This document shows, piece after piece, positions 40,826 to 50,412 of a DNA stretch of 50,412 bases (the stretch's first letter is position 1; the number at the start of each line of letters is the position of its first letter). Under the pieces are notes generated by a model that saw nothing but the letters and a program-made list of their open reading frames with translations, made no database searches and had not been told where the DNA came from. A program made the position numbers and the translations under genes. The stretch spans positions 1 through 50,412 of the forward strand of contig JBKHGE010000013.1 of assembly GCA_046539845.1 (NCBI GenBank), in the 5' to 3' direction. Source of the DNA: Desulfonatronovibrionaceae bacterium (lineage in GTDB: Bacteria > Desulfobacterota > Desulfovibrionia > Desulfovibrionales > Desulfonatronovibrionaceae).

Positions 40826-42094
40826 ATGGACGCAAGTAAGAGCTTTTTCCCCATCACCTTAGGCTGCAAAATAAACCAGTACGAAACCCAGGCCCTGATC
40901 GAAACCTGGGAGACAGCGGGCCTAAAATGCAGACAGAGCGCCAAAGAAGCGGATATCGTGCTGGTAAACAGCTGTGCGGTAACCGCGCGGGCGGTGCGGG
41001 ACACCAGAAAGGCGATCCGCAAGGCTGCGGCCGAGAATCCCATGGCCGGGATAATTGTCACCGGATGCGCGGCCCGGGCATTCGGCCCCGAATTCTCGGC
41101 CATGCCCGAGGTCTCCCGGGTTGTGAGCCAGGAGAAAAAGTACTCCCTTTCCCCGGGCAAGGAAAAAGACAATCTGGACCTGGAAATCAGCGGTTTTTTC
41201 CGGGCCCGGGCCCCGGTACGGGTCCAGGACGGCTGTAGTCACTGCTGCACCTACTGCATAGTTCCCCGGACCAGGGGCAGGGCAAGGAGCCGCCCTTTGG
41301 AAAAGGTGCTGCCTGAAGTAAACCGAATCCTCTCCGCGGGCATCCGGGAGATATCCCTGTGCGGGACAAATCTGCGCCAGTACGGGCGGGACCTGGATCC
41401 AAAGCTTGATTTCTGGGATCTGGTCCGCAGCCTGCGGGATGCTTTGCACACGGAGTGGTCCGGGCGGGCCAGATTCCGGCTGAGTTCCCTCGAGCCCTCG
41501 GAGCTGACCGCCAAGGGACTAAAGACCCTGGACAGGTGTTCGGACATGCTCTGCCCTCACCTGCACATCTCCCTGCAAAGCGCAAGCCCTGCGGTTTTAA
41601 AGGACATGGGCCGGGGGCACTACCACCCGGAACAACTCGCAGAGTTCTGCCGCAGCCTGAAGAATGTCTGGCCGGTTTTCGCCCTGGGAGCGGATCTGCT
41701 GCTGGGATTTCCCGGAGAAGAGCACCGGCTCTTCTGTGAGACCCGGGATTTCGTGGACAAAATCCCGTTTACCTATGCCCATATATTCCCTTTCTCGCCG
41801 CGACCGGGCACCCCGGCGGCCGGCTTTTCCAGCCGGGTGGACCCGGAGGAGACCCGGGCACGCTGCCAAGAGCTGCAGGAGCTGATCAAGAAAAAAAAGC
41901 TATCTTTTCAGCGCGGTCTTTTGCATCTGCCCCGGGTGCATCCGGTTTTGGAGACCCGGGACGCGGGGACCAATGAATTCTTCGTCCCCACCAGGCTAGA
42001 GGGTCGGATCTTTGCTCTGGGTCGCAAAAGCATTGTCCCGGCCGTGCCCGTAAGATTCAAGGACGGCACCCTGACTGCGGAGGTGTGTATATGA
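40826..42094 (+). CDS. mtaB: tRNA methylthiotransferase, MtaB-like (MiaB/RimO family)
   Basis: TLGCKINQYET, NSCAVT, QDGCSHCCTYC and FPFSPRPGTPAA motifs. Confidence 0.85.
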   Translation: MDASKSFFPITLGCKINQYETQALIETWETAGLKCRQSAKEADIVLVNSCAVTARAVRDTRKAIRKAAAENPMAGIIVTGCAARAFGPEFSAMPEVSRVVSQEKKYSLSPGKEKDNLDLEISGFFRARAPVRVQDGCSHCCTYCIVPRTRGRARSRPLEKVLPEVNRILSAGIREISLCGTNLRQYGRDLDPKLDFWDLVRSLRDALHTEWSGRARFRLSSLEPSELTAKGLKTLDRCSDMLCPHLHISLQSASPAVLKDMGRGHYHPEQLAEFCRSLKNVWPVFALGADLLLGFPGEEHRLFCETRDFVDKIPFTYAHIFPFSPRPGTPAAGFSSRVDPEETRARCQELQELIKKKKLSFQRGLLHLPRVHPVLETRDAGTNEFFVPTRLEGRIFALGRKSIVPAVPVRFKDGTLTAEVCI

Positions 42095-42636
42095 GCAGAC
42101 CGGCTAAGCCGCTGCCAGGCAAACTTTTTCTCTCTGTCTTGGCCTCGGACTGGGAGACGTTTTGGCCACAATTAATGGACCGGTTGCAGGAGAGATTCGG
42201 GGAGGCTGACTACAAAAGCGATCCCATCCTTTTTACGGAAACAAACTACTACGATGCAGAGCTGGGCACGCCCATTTCCAGAAAGATCCTGTCCTTCAAA
42301 GAACTTGTGCCCCAGAACCACCTGGTGCAGATAAAACTAGACACCAACGCCCTGGAAAAAGCTTATCAGAGAAACAGCCGCCGGACTTTCAACCTGGATC
42401 CAGGGCTTGTCACTCACGAGCGACTGGTCCTGGCCACAGGCAAGAATTTTACCCATCGGATATACTTGGACCGCGGGATCTGGGCCGATCTCACCCTAAT
42501 TTACACCCGGGGCGGTTGGCAGGACCTGCCCTGGACCTTTCCGGACTATGCCGCGGAAAAGACCAAATCGCACCTAGACCGCATCCGCAATATCTACTGC
42601 GGGCAAATAAAGGCCCTGCTTACAAAACAACAATAA
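42091..42636 (+). CDS. DUF4416 family protein
   Basis: TNYYDAELG, NLDPG, LVLATGKNFTHRIYL..GIWADLTL and WTFPDY motifs. Confidence 0.85.
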   Translation: MSRPAKPLPGKLFLSVLASDWETFWPQLMDRLQERFGEADYKSDPILFTETNYYDAELGTPISRKILSFKELVPQNHLVQIKLDTNALEKAYQRNSRRTFNLDPGLVTHERLVLATGKNFTHRIYLDRGIWADLTLIYTRGGWQDLPWTFPDYAAEKTKSHLDRIRNIYCGQIKALLTKQQ

Positions 42637-42799
42637 CCACCCGACCGCGGCTATCGGTTCGGGTCGCACACCTGCGGACAACACACTGCAATCCGCCCTT
42701 GTCACCAGTGTATAGTTCCTTTAAAATGTATTTCGCACATAACGCGGGCAAGTACCTGGGCGGGCTTTACCACAGGGACCTCAACCGACAATAAGATTT

Positions 42800-43681
42800 A
42801 TGATAAAGAGCATGACTGGATATGGCCGGGCCGCAATCGAAGACACCGCCTGGGGCGCAGCCTGGGAGATCAAGAGCGTAAACTCCAAATTCCTGGACAT
42901 TAAATGGCGTACCCCCCAGAACCTTTTGGGCCTGCAGGCGCAATGGGAACAGGCCGTGCGTTCCTACACCTCCCGGGGCCGGGTGGAGGTCTGGCTCAAT
43001 TTGCGGTTCAAAAACCAGGAGTTTTTGAACCTGAACCTGGACCAGGCGGTTGCCTCGCGCATGCTGTTTGAGCTCAAGGATCTGGCCAAACAGGAGAAAA
43101 TAGCCTTTGCCCCGGATTTGAACCGGCTCTTGAATGTACCCTCGGCCTGGAAAGAGGACGCCGAACTCCCGGAAGAAATCTCCGGGGGTATAATCGAAGC
43201 CCTAAAAAGCTGCCTCAAAGACTGGGACCAATCCCGGATAAGAGAGGGAGAGAAAATGGCTGCGGATATTGATGCCCGGCTCAGCGGACTGCGGGATACA
43301 GTAAAAGACCTGAAGGAGATGGCCGGGGAAAACATCCACACCCGATTCGAAGCCCTTAAATCCAGGCTGGAAAAGACCATGCGCTATATGGAGCTGAAAG
43401 AGGTGGACGAAACCCGTGTGCACCAGGAACTGGCCATAATGAGCGACCGCCTGGATGTGTCCGAGGAATTGACCCGGCTGGAGAGCCACCTGCAGGAGCT
43501 GGCCCGGTTGCTGGAAAACGGCGGCGAGATCGGGCGCAGACTGGATTTTTTACTCCAGGAATGCTTTCGGGAGATAAACACCTGCGGGAACAAATGCCAA
43601 AATAGCTCCATGAGCCGACTGGTGGTGGATTTCAAGGCCGAACTGGAAAAATGCCGCGAACAGGCGCAAAACCTGGAATAG
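42800..43681 (+). CDS. yicC: YicC/YloC-family endoribonuclease
   Basis: SMTGYG, EIKSVN, DVSEELTRL, GRRLDFLLQE..RE.NT and ELEK.REQAQNLE motifs. Confidence 0.93.
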   Translation: MIKSMTGYGRAAIEDTAWGAAWEIKSVNSKFLDIKWRTPQNLLGLQAQWEQAVRSYTSRGRVEVWLNLRFKNQEFLNLNLDQAVASRMLFELKDLAKQEKIAFAPDLNRLLNVPSAWKEDAELPEEISGGIIEALKSCLKDWDQSRIREGEKMAADIDARLSGLRDTVKDLKEMAGENIHTRFEALKSRLEKTMRYMELKEVDETRVHQELAIMSDRLDVSEELTRLESHLQELARLLENGGEIGRRLDFLLQECFREINTCGNKCQNSSMSRLVVDFKAELEKCREQAQNLE

Positions 43682-43687
43682 CCCCCC

Positions 43688-43954
43688 ATGAACAGAGACA
43701 GTCAAACCCTGCTCAGTATCGGGTTCGGAAACAGCGTAGTCCGCCAGCGCATAGTGGGCATCGCCAACCCGAATACCGCACCCATGCGCAGACTGCGCGA
43801 GGAAGCCCGGGAGGACAAAAGGCTCATAGACGCCACCCACGGCCGCAAGACCCGATCCATAATCGTCACCGACTCCAACCACGTCATTCTCTCCGCCATC
43901 CAGTACGAAACCATAGCCCAGAGATTCGCCGCACATGAAAAACAATCCTCTTGA
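43688..43954 (+). CDS. remA: DUF370/RemA-family regulator
   Basis: IGFGNSV...[27 protein letters not shown]. Confidence 0.88.
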   Translation: MNRDSQTLLSIGFGNSVVRQRIVGIANPNTAPMRRLREEAREDKRLIDATHGRKTRSIIVTDSNHVILSAIQYETIAQRFAAHEKQSS

Positions 43955-44564
43955 GATAAAAGGGCTCTTGCTGGTCATTAGCGCGCCCTCGGGCACCGGG
44001 AAAAGCACCCTGATCCGCAGGCTCACCCGGAAGTATTCGCAGTTTACGTTCTCCACCTCGTACACCACCCGAAAACCCCGGCCCGGGGAGCTCAACGGCC
44101 GGGAATATTGGTTCTGCAGCAAAGAGGAATTCGAAGACCGGATAGAGAACAATTTTTTTGCCGAATGGGCCAGGGTGCACGACGACTACTACGGTACGCC
44201 GCGGGAGCCGGTACTGAAGGCGGTGGAAAGCGGGAACAACCTCATCTTTGACATTGACGTGCAGGGGGCCAGACAGCTCAAGTCCTCTCTCGGATTCGGA
44301 TGTTTCGTGTTTCTGTTTCCCCCTTCCCTGGACGAACTGCAGAACAGACTCCTCACAAGGGGTACTGATGACCCGGAAAAGATAAAGACCCGGCTCAAGA
44401 ACGCGGCCGAGGAAATCAAACAAAGCGATTTTTTTCACTACTGGGTGATAAACGATGATCTGGACCGGGCCTTCAGGCAGGTGGAGTGTATCATCAGGGC
44501 CGAGGCCTGCAGGCCGGATCACAATCCGGGGCTGTTGCAAAAAGTCCTCTCCGGGGTTATCTAA
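43935..44564 (+). CDS. gmk: Guanylate kinase
   Basis: [23 protein letters not shown] and DIDVQGA motifs. Confidence 0.96.
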   Translation: MKNNPLEIKGLLLVISAPSGTGKSTLIRRLTRKYSQFTFSTSYTTRKPRPGELNGREYWFCSKEEFEDRIENNFFAEWARVHDDYYGTPREPVLKAVESGNNLIFDIDVQGARQLKSSLGFGCFVFLFPPSLDELQNRLLTRGTDDPEKIKTRLKNAAEEIKQSDFFHYWVINDDLDRAFRQVECIIRAEACRPDHNPGLLQKVLSGVI

Positions 44565-45274
44565 TGACCGAGTTGGTGGTCGCCCTGGATTTTGACCGGG
44601 AAGACCGGGCCTTGGCGGCGGCGCATTCCCTGCGTCCCAGCGTGCGCTGGTTTAAGGTGGGTCTGGAACTCTTTACGGCCGCCGGTCCAGGAATCGTGTC
44701 CAGGCTCAAAGACATGGGGTGTTTGGTCTTTTTGGACCTCAAATTCATGGACATCCCCAATACAGTCTACGGGGCGGTTAAAAGCGCATGCCGGCTCCAG
44801 GTGGACATGCTAACCGTGCACATCCTGGGCGGCACTGACATGCTCGCCTCCGCCCTCAGGGCCAGAAACGAATACGGGCAAGGGCCCCGGATAATGGGCG
44901 TCACCCTGCTTACCAGCCTGGACCGGGCGAGCCTGGCCTGGCCGGAGGTCAGATCTGAACTTGAGATCGTCGTCGATCTGGCTGACAAGGGACACGGCAG
45001 CGGACTGGACGGACTGGTCTGCTCCGGCCGGGAACTGTCCCACCTGTCCGGGCGGTTTCCAGACAATTTTGAATTCGTCACTCCGGGAATCCGGCTGCCC
45101 GGCAGAAACGAGGCCAGCGACCAGAAACGGGTGTACACCCCGCAACAAGCGGCCCGGGATGGGGCGGACTACATCGTGGTCGGGCGTCCAGTCACCAGGG
45201 CCTCGGACCCGCGCGCAGCAGCGCGGGACTTTCTACAGACAATCACCGCAGCAAACTCCGGGGAAGGAATATGA
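44564..45274 (+). CDS. pyrF: Orotidine-5'-phosphate decarboxylase
   Basis: VALD, KVGLELF, DLKFMDIPNTV, TPGIR and VVGRP motifs. Confidence 0.96.
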   Translation: MTELVVALDFDREDRALAAAHSLRPSVRWFKVGLELFTAAGPGIVSRLKDMGCLVFLDLKFMDIPNTVYGAVKSACRLQVDMLTVHILGGTDMLASALRARNEYGQGPRIMGVTLLTSLDRASLAWPEVRSELEIVVDLADKGHGSGLDGLVCSGRELSHLSGRFPDNFEFVTPGIRLPGRNEASDQKRVYTPQQAARDGADYIVVGRPVTRASDPRAAARDFLQTITAANSGEGI

Positions 45275-46038
45275 CCCAGAATATAAACGAAGAACAGCTG
45301 CCCAAGACGGAAGATAATCGGATCAAAGGCGTCTTTTCCACCCAGACGCTTATGAAGGTGGGCACCGGATCCACCCAGAAAAAGACCATCCAGAAGTCAT
45401 ACTGGTTCGTAAACGAACTGGATGACGAACAGATCGAGATCCAGCCCTTAAACGTCAATTATGTTCCCTCTGGCCCCAAGAAGATAATCACCAAGGACGC
45501 TTTGCTGGAGAAATTCTCTCCGGAGCCGGAGTTCTATACCTATACCGTGTATCCCAAAATGCGGGAGCTGAATAAGACCATTGCCCGGGCAGACCGCCAC
45601 CGCAAGAGGAACGAGACCTACAGTGCGGAATTCGAATACAGCAACGCCCTGAACGTGGACGAGGAAAACATCCGGGCCAATTTCGGGCTGGGACTGACCT
45701 ATCTGGAACGCGGGGACAAAGATAAGGCCAACGACATCTTCGAGCGCCTGGTCAAGCTGGATGCGGCGTTCGAATCCGAGCACAAACACCTTTTCAACGA
45801 CTTCGGGATAAACCTGCGCAAGCAGGACATGTACGAGCAGGCGGTGGACTACTACGGCCGGGCCCTGGAGCTTTCCACCCAGGACGAGAACCTGCACTAC
45901 AATATCGCCCGGGCCTATTACGGGCTGAAAAAGCACAAAAAGGCATACGAGCATCTGAAACAGGCGCTCGAACTCTCCCCGGAACACAAGGAAGCAAAAA
46001 AGTTCATGGCCTACCTGGAAAAAAACAGGCTGGTCTGA
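45271..46038 (+). CDS. Tetratricopeptide repeat protein
   Basis: TPR motifs (NIRANFGLGLTYL, FNDFGINLRK, DENLHYNIARAY). Confidence 0.85.
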   Translation: MTQNINEEQLPKTEDNRIKGVFSTQTLMKVGTGSTQKKTIQKSYWFVNELDDEQIEIQPLNVNYVPSGPKKIITKDALLEKFSPEPEFYTYTVYPKMRELNKTIARADRHRKRNETYSAEFEYSNALNVDEENIRANFGLGLTYLERGDKDKANDIFERLVKLDAAFESEHKHLFNDFGINLRKQDMYEQAVDYYGRALELSTQDENLHYNIARAYYGLKKHKKAYEHLKQALELSPEHKEAKKFMAYLEKNRLV

Positions 46039-46053
46039 TCCGGAAGGGCAAAC

Positions 46054-46908
46054 ATGGCAGATCAGGAAAGGGGACGGAGGCTCCTGCACACTATCTCGGA
46101 AAAAAGACCCGAGCCGCCCATTTCTCCGGAACTCGTACACAAACTCTTTTCCCGGGCCCGGGAGGACTCCATGTCCTCCATGGAGGATATCTCCGCGATC
46201 ATCAGCCAGGACCAGGGACTAACCGCCCGGGTCCTCAGGTGGGTCAACTCGGCCTATTACGGCCTCCAAGCCCAAGTATCCTCGATTTCCCGGGCCGTGT
46301 CCATCCTGGGTCTCTCCCAGATCAGGGACGCGGTCCTGTCCATTGGGGTCAAAAGCGTCACCCGGGACCTGGACTTGAGCCTGATCGATCTGCGGCTGTA
46401 TTGGAGACACCAGATTTCCACCGCTATTTTGGCCCGGGAACTGGCCCGGAAAACAGAGTGCAGCGAACCGGACGACCTGTTTACCATAGGCATCCTGCAC
46501 GATCTGGGAAAAATCATGACCGCCATCTACGATAAACAGGCCTGGCTGGAGATAAACGCCCTGGCCAGCGAGGAGGGTCTTTTGTTCCAGGCTGCAGAAC
46601 AAAAGTACTGGGGAATAGACCACGCCCTGGTCGGGGGCATGCTCTTGCAGCAATGGAATCTCCCGGAATGGATCACCGAGCCAGTCAACTGGCACCATAA
46701 CCCGGAAATGTCCTCCCCGCAGCACCTTGTTCCCTCCCGGCTTGTGTACACCGCAAACAACCTTGTGCACCGCATGGACAATGAACAGGCACAGGACATT
46801 GATGGACAGCTGGAAAAGATCTCTCTGGACCGGGACTTGGCTGAAGGCATGGCCTGGGAGGTCTCCCGGGATCCGGGGATAAACCAGATGCAAAAGCTTT
46901 TTGTCTAG
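46054..46908 (+). CDS. HDOD-domain protein
   Basis: DQGLTARVLRWVNSAYYG, GILHDLGK, DHA.VG..L...WNLP and HH motifs. Confidence 0.9.
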   Translation: MADQERGRRLLHTISEKRPEPPISPELVHKLFSRAREDSMSSMEDISAIISQDQGLTARVLRWVNSAYYGLQAQVSSISRAVSILGLSQIRDAVLSIGVKSVTRDLDLSLIDLRLYWRHQISTAILARELARKTECSEPDDLFTIGILHDLGKIMTAIYDKQAWLEINALASEEGLLFQAAEQKYWGIDHALVGGMLLQQWNLPEWITEPVNWHHNPEMSSPQHLVPSRLVYTANNLVHRMDNEQAQDIDGQLEKISLDRDLAEGMAWEVSRDPGINQMQKLFV

Positions 46909-48611
46909 TGGGCATGAGATGGCGAGTGATCGACCCCCCTCCGGATCCCGCGCGGATAAAAGATTTGGCCCGGGACCTGGAGATCTCCCCCCTTTTGGCC
47001 ACCCTCCTCGTGCAGCGCGGATATGACACTCCGGAACGCATCTCCTTCTTTCTGAATCCCGGACTGCGTTATCTGAACCCCCTGCAGGACTGGCCCGGGG
47101 TGGACCACGGGGCGGATATCCTGGCCCAAAGCGTCTCCCGGGGAGAAAAAATAGCTGTCTGGGGGGACTACGATGTTGACGGCATCACCGCGACCGCCCT
47201 GCTCAAGGATTTCTTTTGCAGGCGTGGAGTCAAAGTGGAACACTATATTCCCGGCCGCCTGGAAGAGGGCTACGGTCTGAATCCGGAAGGGATAAAGGAA
47301 CTGGCCGGACGGGGAGTGCACACATTGGTCACCGTGGACTGCGGCATCTCCAGCTCCGAGGAGGTAGCCCTGGCCAGAGAGCTTGGCATGCAAGTGCTTA
47401 TCACCGACCACCACCTGCCCGGGGATACCCTTCCCGCGGCTGAAGCGATAATAAACCCCAAGTGCGGGAGCTGCCCTTGTCCGGAACTGGCCGGCGTGGG
47501 GGTGGCCTTTCTTTTGGCCGCGGCCCTGAACCGCAGGCTGGAGGGTGCTCCCGTGGATATCCGTGACTTTCTGGATCTGGTCGCCCTGGGTTCGATCGCG
47601 GATGTGGTCGAACTCACCGGCCAGAACCGGGTACTGGTCAAAAACGGGCTCTTGCTTCTGAACCAGCCCCAGCGCCCTGGTATCCAGGCTTTGAAGGAAA
47701 TATGCGGGCTGAACAATTCTAACTACCTGGGCTCGGGACAGATCGGTTTCGGCCTGGCCCCGCGCATTAACGCGGCCGGAAGACTGGGAAATGCGGAGCC
47801 GGCCTTGGAGCTGCTTTTGGCTAAAGACGGCCCCACCGCGCGGCTGAAGGCGGCCGAACTGGATCGCATGAACCAAGAGCGCAGAAAACTGGAGGAGTCT
47901 ATCCTGGGCGAGGCCAGGGAGCTGGCAGACAGCCAAAAAGACCGCATGGGCCTGGTCCTTTATTCCCCAAAATGGCATCACGGGGTAATCGGGATTGTGG
48001 CCTCGCGCATAGTGGAGGAATTTAACCGGCCCTGCCTGATACTGGCCCGCAAAGGAGGGCTTCTCAAGGGGTCCGGCCGGAGTGTGTCCGGTTTCGATCT
48101 CTTTTCCGGTCTGAGCCGGATAAGCCCTGTTCTGCACGGATTCGGCGGCCATACCATGGCCGCTGGCCTGAGCGTTGCGGAAAAGGACCTGGACGAGCTC
48201 TGCACTGCCTTTGACCGGGATGTCCGGGGCGTTTTGGGAGACACACCCCCGGAGCCGGAAATAGTGGCCGACGCCCGGGTCGGTTTCAGAGAGCTGTCAC
48301 CGGAATTTATCCGCGAACTGGAGATAATGCAGCCTTTCGGACTGGGTAACTCCAATCCAATATTCGTCTCCCCGCCGCTTGAAGTCCAGGATATGTACCT
48401 CTTTGGGCAAAACCGCCATGTGGGCCTGGAGCTGCACGACCAGGACAGCGGACTCACCTTTCGGGGCAAGATATGGCGCCGTGGTGAACAATACAGGGAA
48501 ATAAACCTCAAAGGCAAGCGGGCCGTGGTGGCCTATCGTCCAAAAATGGAGGAATTCAAGGGTCTTATGAGCATCAACCTGCACATAAACCAGGTCCTGG
48601 AGATAAGCTAG
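46908..48611 (+). CDS. recJ: Single-stranded-DNA-specific exonuclease RecJ
   Basis: GDYDVDG, TVDCG, TDHH, PRINAAGR and GGH motifs. Confidence 0.96.
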   Translation: MGMRWRVIDPPPDPARIKDLARDLEISPLLATLLVQRGYDTPERISFFLNPGLRYLNPLQDWPGVDHGADILAQSVSRGEKIAVWGDYDVDGITATALLKDFFCRRGVKVEHYIPGRLEEGYGLNPEGIKELAGRGVHTLVTVDCGISSSEEVALARELGMQVLITDHHLPGDTLPAAEAIINPKCGSCPCPELAGVGVAFLLAAALNRRLEGAPVDIRDFLDLVALGSIADVVELTGQNRVLVKNGLLLLNQPQRPGIQALKEICGLNNSNYLGSGQIGFGLAPRINAAGRLGNAEPALELLLAKDGPTARLKAAELDRMNQERRKLEESILGEARELADSQKDRMGLVLYSPKWHHGVIGIVASRIVEEFNRPCLILARKGGLLKGSGRSVSGFDLFSGLSRISPVLHGFGGHTMAAGLSVAEKDLDELCTAFDRDVRGVLGDTPPEPEIVADARVGFRELSPEFIRELEIMQPFGLGNSNPIFVSPPLEVQDMYLFGQNRHVGLELHDQDSGLTFRGKIWRRGEQYREINLKGKRAVVAYRPKMEEFKGLMSINLHINQVLEIS

Positions 48612-50228
48612 ATGGTCCTTTCCCTCTTGGCCTCCCTGCTCGGCGGACTGGGGCTTTTTCTGCACGGAATAAGCCTCCTTACCAGCGGCCTGAAGATGGC
48701 CGCCGGAAACAGCCTGCGCAGCATCCTCAAGAAATGGACCCATCCCCTGTACAAGGGCGTTCTCTCCGGGTTCTCCATAACCGCCCTGGTCCAGAGTTCC
48801 TCAGCGGTCACCGTGGCCGTCATCGGGTTCGTGAACGCCGGAATCATGGATCTTTCCCGATCCATTGGAGTCATTTACGGGGCCAACCTGGGGACCACGA
48901 TCACCGGCTGGCTGGTCACCGCCATCGGCTACAGCGTGCACATAAAAAGCCTGGCCCTGCCTTTGATCGGGATCGGCGTGTTCATGCGCATAATCGGGAA
49001 AAACAGCCGCAAGGCCCATCTGGGGGAGGCCCTGGCCGGATTCGGTCTTTTCTTTCTGGGTATTGACCTCTTGCAGGAGGGATTCGGCTCGCTGGGCCAG
49101 GACTTGAACCTGACCGCCCTGGCCTCCGGCCATTTCTGGACCGTTCCCGCCTTCGTGGGGATTGGGGTCTTGCTTACCCTGATCATGCAGAGCTCCAGCG
49201 GGGCCATAGCCGTAGTTCTGACCGCGGCCTCCAGTGAGATGATCGGGATGCAAAGCGCGGCAGCTGCGGTCATAGGCACCAATATCGGGACCACTTCCAC
49301 CGCGATGATCGCTGTTATCGGGGCCACGCTCAATGCCAAGAAAGTGGCCCTGGGACACCTGTCTTTCAATGTGGTCTCCGGGGTGGTTGCGCTTCTTTTG
49401 CTGCCGGTCCTCCTGTACATGGTGGAATATATTCAGGCCAACTTGGCCTTTGCCTCCGGCCCGGCCGGGACTCTGGCCCTGTTCAACACCGTGTTCAACT
49501 TTTTGGGGCTGATCTTGATCTGGCCGTTTACCAAGCGGCTGGTCAACTTCCTGGACCAGACCATTTCTCCGGTGGAGGCCTCGAGCACAAAGTACCTGGA
49601 CCAAACCCTTATAAACACACCCAATCTGGCCTTGGACGCGTTAGCTCTGGAACTGGAAAGGATCGGGCGCAAACTGCGCGGTCTTTTAAAGGACCTGCTT
49701 TTTGAAGATCAAAAACAGGTCTCCGCCCGGACCAGGCAGGAGGCCTCGGAACTGATCCGGGCCTGCCAGGGTTATGCCCTGACTATCCAGCAATACGACA
49801 TCCCTTCCCAGGTCGGGGTGAAGATCCCGGTAGCCCTGCGCGTGACCCAGTATTTCCGAAGCATAGAGGAAAACATCCGGGAAATACACGAGATGCAGGT
49901 CCTTCTCCCCAGCTCCGCTTCAAAAGATATCCGGGAACGGGTCGAGACCTTTATGGACGAGTGCTGGTATATCCTCAAGCTGGCGGAAAACCCCTGCGCT
50001 GAGGACTTTGAGGACGCCGAGGACAAGCTGGAGCATTTAACCACTGTCTACCACCGCCTGAAAGAGACCCTCCTTCAGGCCGGAGCGGAAAACAGGCTGG
50101 ACATCTCTCAGATGGTCCAGCTTCTGGACTACTACAGCTTGGTGCACAAGACCATGGAACGGACACTCAAATCCACAGTGTACTGGCTGGAACTCCGGTC
50201 CAAAGAAGATGCCTGCCCCACCGGATAG
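48612..50228 (+). CDS. Na+/phosphate cotransporter family protein with a PhoU-like C-terminus
   Basis: Two QSSS repeats with GANLGTT/GTNIGTT, followed by a soluble helical tail. Confidence 0.9.
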   Translation: MVLSLLASLLGGLGLFLHGISLLTSGLKMAAGNSLRSILKKWTHPLYKGVLSGFSITALVQSSSAVTVAVIGFVNAGIMDLSRSIGVIYGANLGTTITGWLVTAIGYSVHIKSLALPLIGIGVFMRIIGKNSRKAHLGEALAGFGLFFLGIDLLQEGFGSLGQDLNLTALASGHFWTVPAFVGIGVLLTLIMQSSSGAIAVVLTAASSEMIGMQSAAAAVIGTNIGTTSTAMIAVIGATLNAKKVALGHLSFNVVSGVVALLLLPVLLYMVEYIQANLAFASGPAGTLALFNTVFNFLGLILIWPFTKRLVNFLDQTISPVEASSTKYLDQTLINTPNLALDALALELERIGRKLRGLLKDLLFEDQKQVSARTRQEASELIRACQGYALTIQQYDIPSQVGVKIPVALRVTQYFRSIEENIREIHEMQVLLPSSASKDIRERVETFMDECWYILKLAENPCAEDFEDAEDKLEHLTTVYHRLKETLLQAGAENRLDISQMVQLLDYYSLVHKTMERTLKSTVYWLELRSKEDACPTG

Positions 50229-50412
50229 CCATCCCTGCCTTTTTGTTGATAGTTGCACTATGCCTCTGGGTCTTTAAAAAATATTTTCCCAGCCCAACCC
50301 GCTGCCCTTTTTTTGATTTCCGCTTTTAATTTGCGAATAAATCAGGTAATGTCTTTTAGACAGGACTTTCACTTTTTTTAGGCCTCAGCACTGTTTTTTG
50401 TCAATAAAATTG

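Overview
Chromosomal window, probably from a sulfate-reducing Desulfovibrionales-type bacterium (inferred from gene content and order: mqnC, ppaC, DUF6485, hrcA-grpE-dnaK with a Cys-rich GrpE, gatCA-mnmA-mtaB-DUF4416-yicC-remA-gmk-pyrF-TPR-HDOD-recJ). Bases ~6.3-50.4 kb are mostly housekeeping genes. They also hold a four-gene group 3b (sulfhydrogenase-type) [NiFe]-hydrogenase operon, a TA pair with a frameshifted RelE toxin, and two tRNAs (Lys-CTT, Val-CAC). Bases 1-6.17 kb form a mosaic accessory region at the 3' end of tRNA-Lys. There, three same-orientation copies of a non-autonomous element with REP-like ends (apparently an internal-deletion derivative of a Y1/RAYT-like transposase) separate unrelated cargo. 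The cargo is a restriction-modification C-terminal scrap plus a truncated rhuM, an integron attC site plus an AI-2E transporter gene cassette with no integrase in view, a PAS hybrid histidine kinase, and a zeta-toxin-like ATPase remnant. Other items the ORF track misses or misreads: a 55-aa CxxCxxCxxC protein coupled to lolA, a Cys-to-Asp change in the hydrogenase small-subunit CxxC motif, and a frameshift separating the DsbD signal peptide from the rest of the gene.
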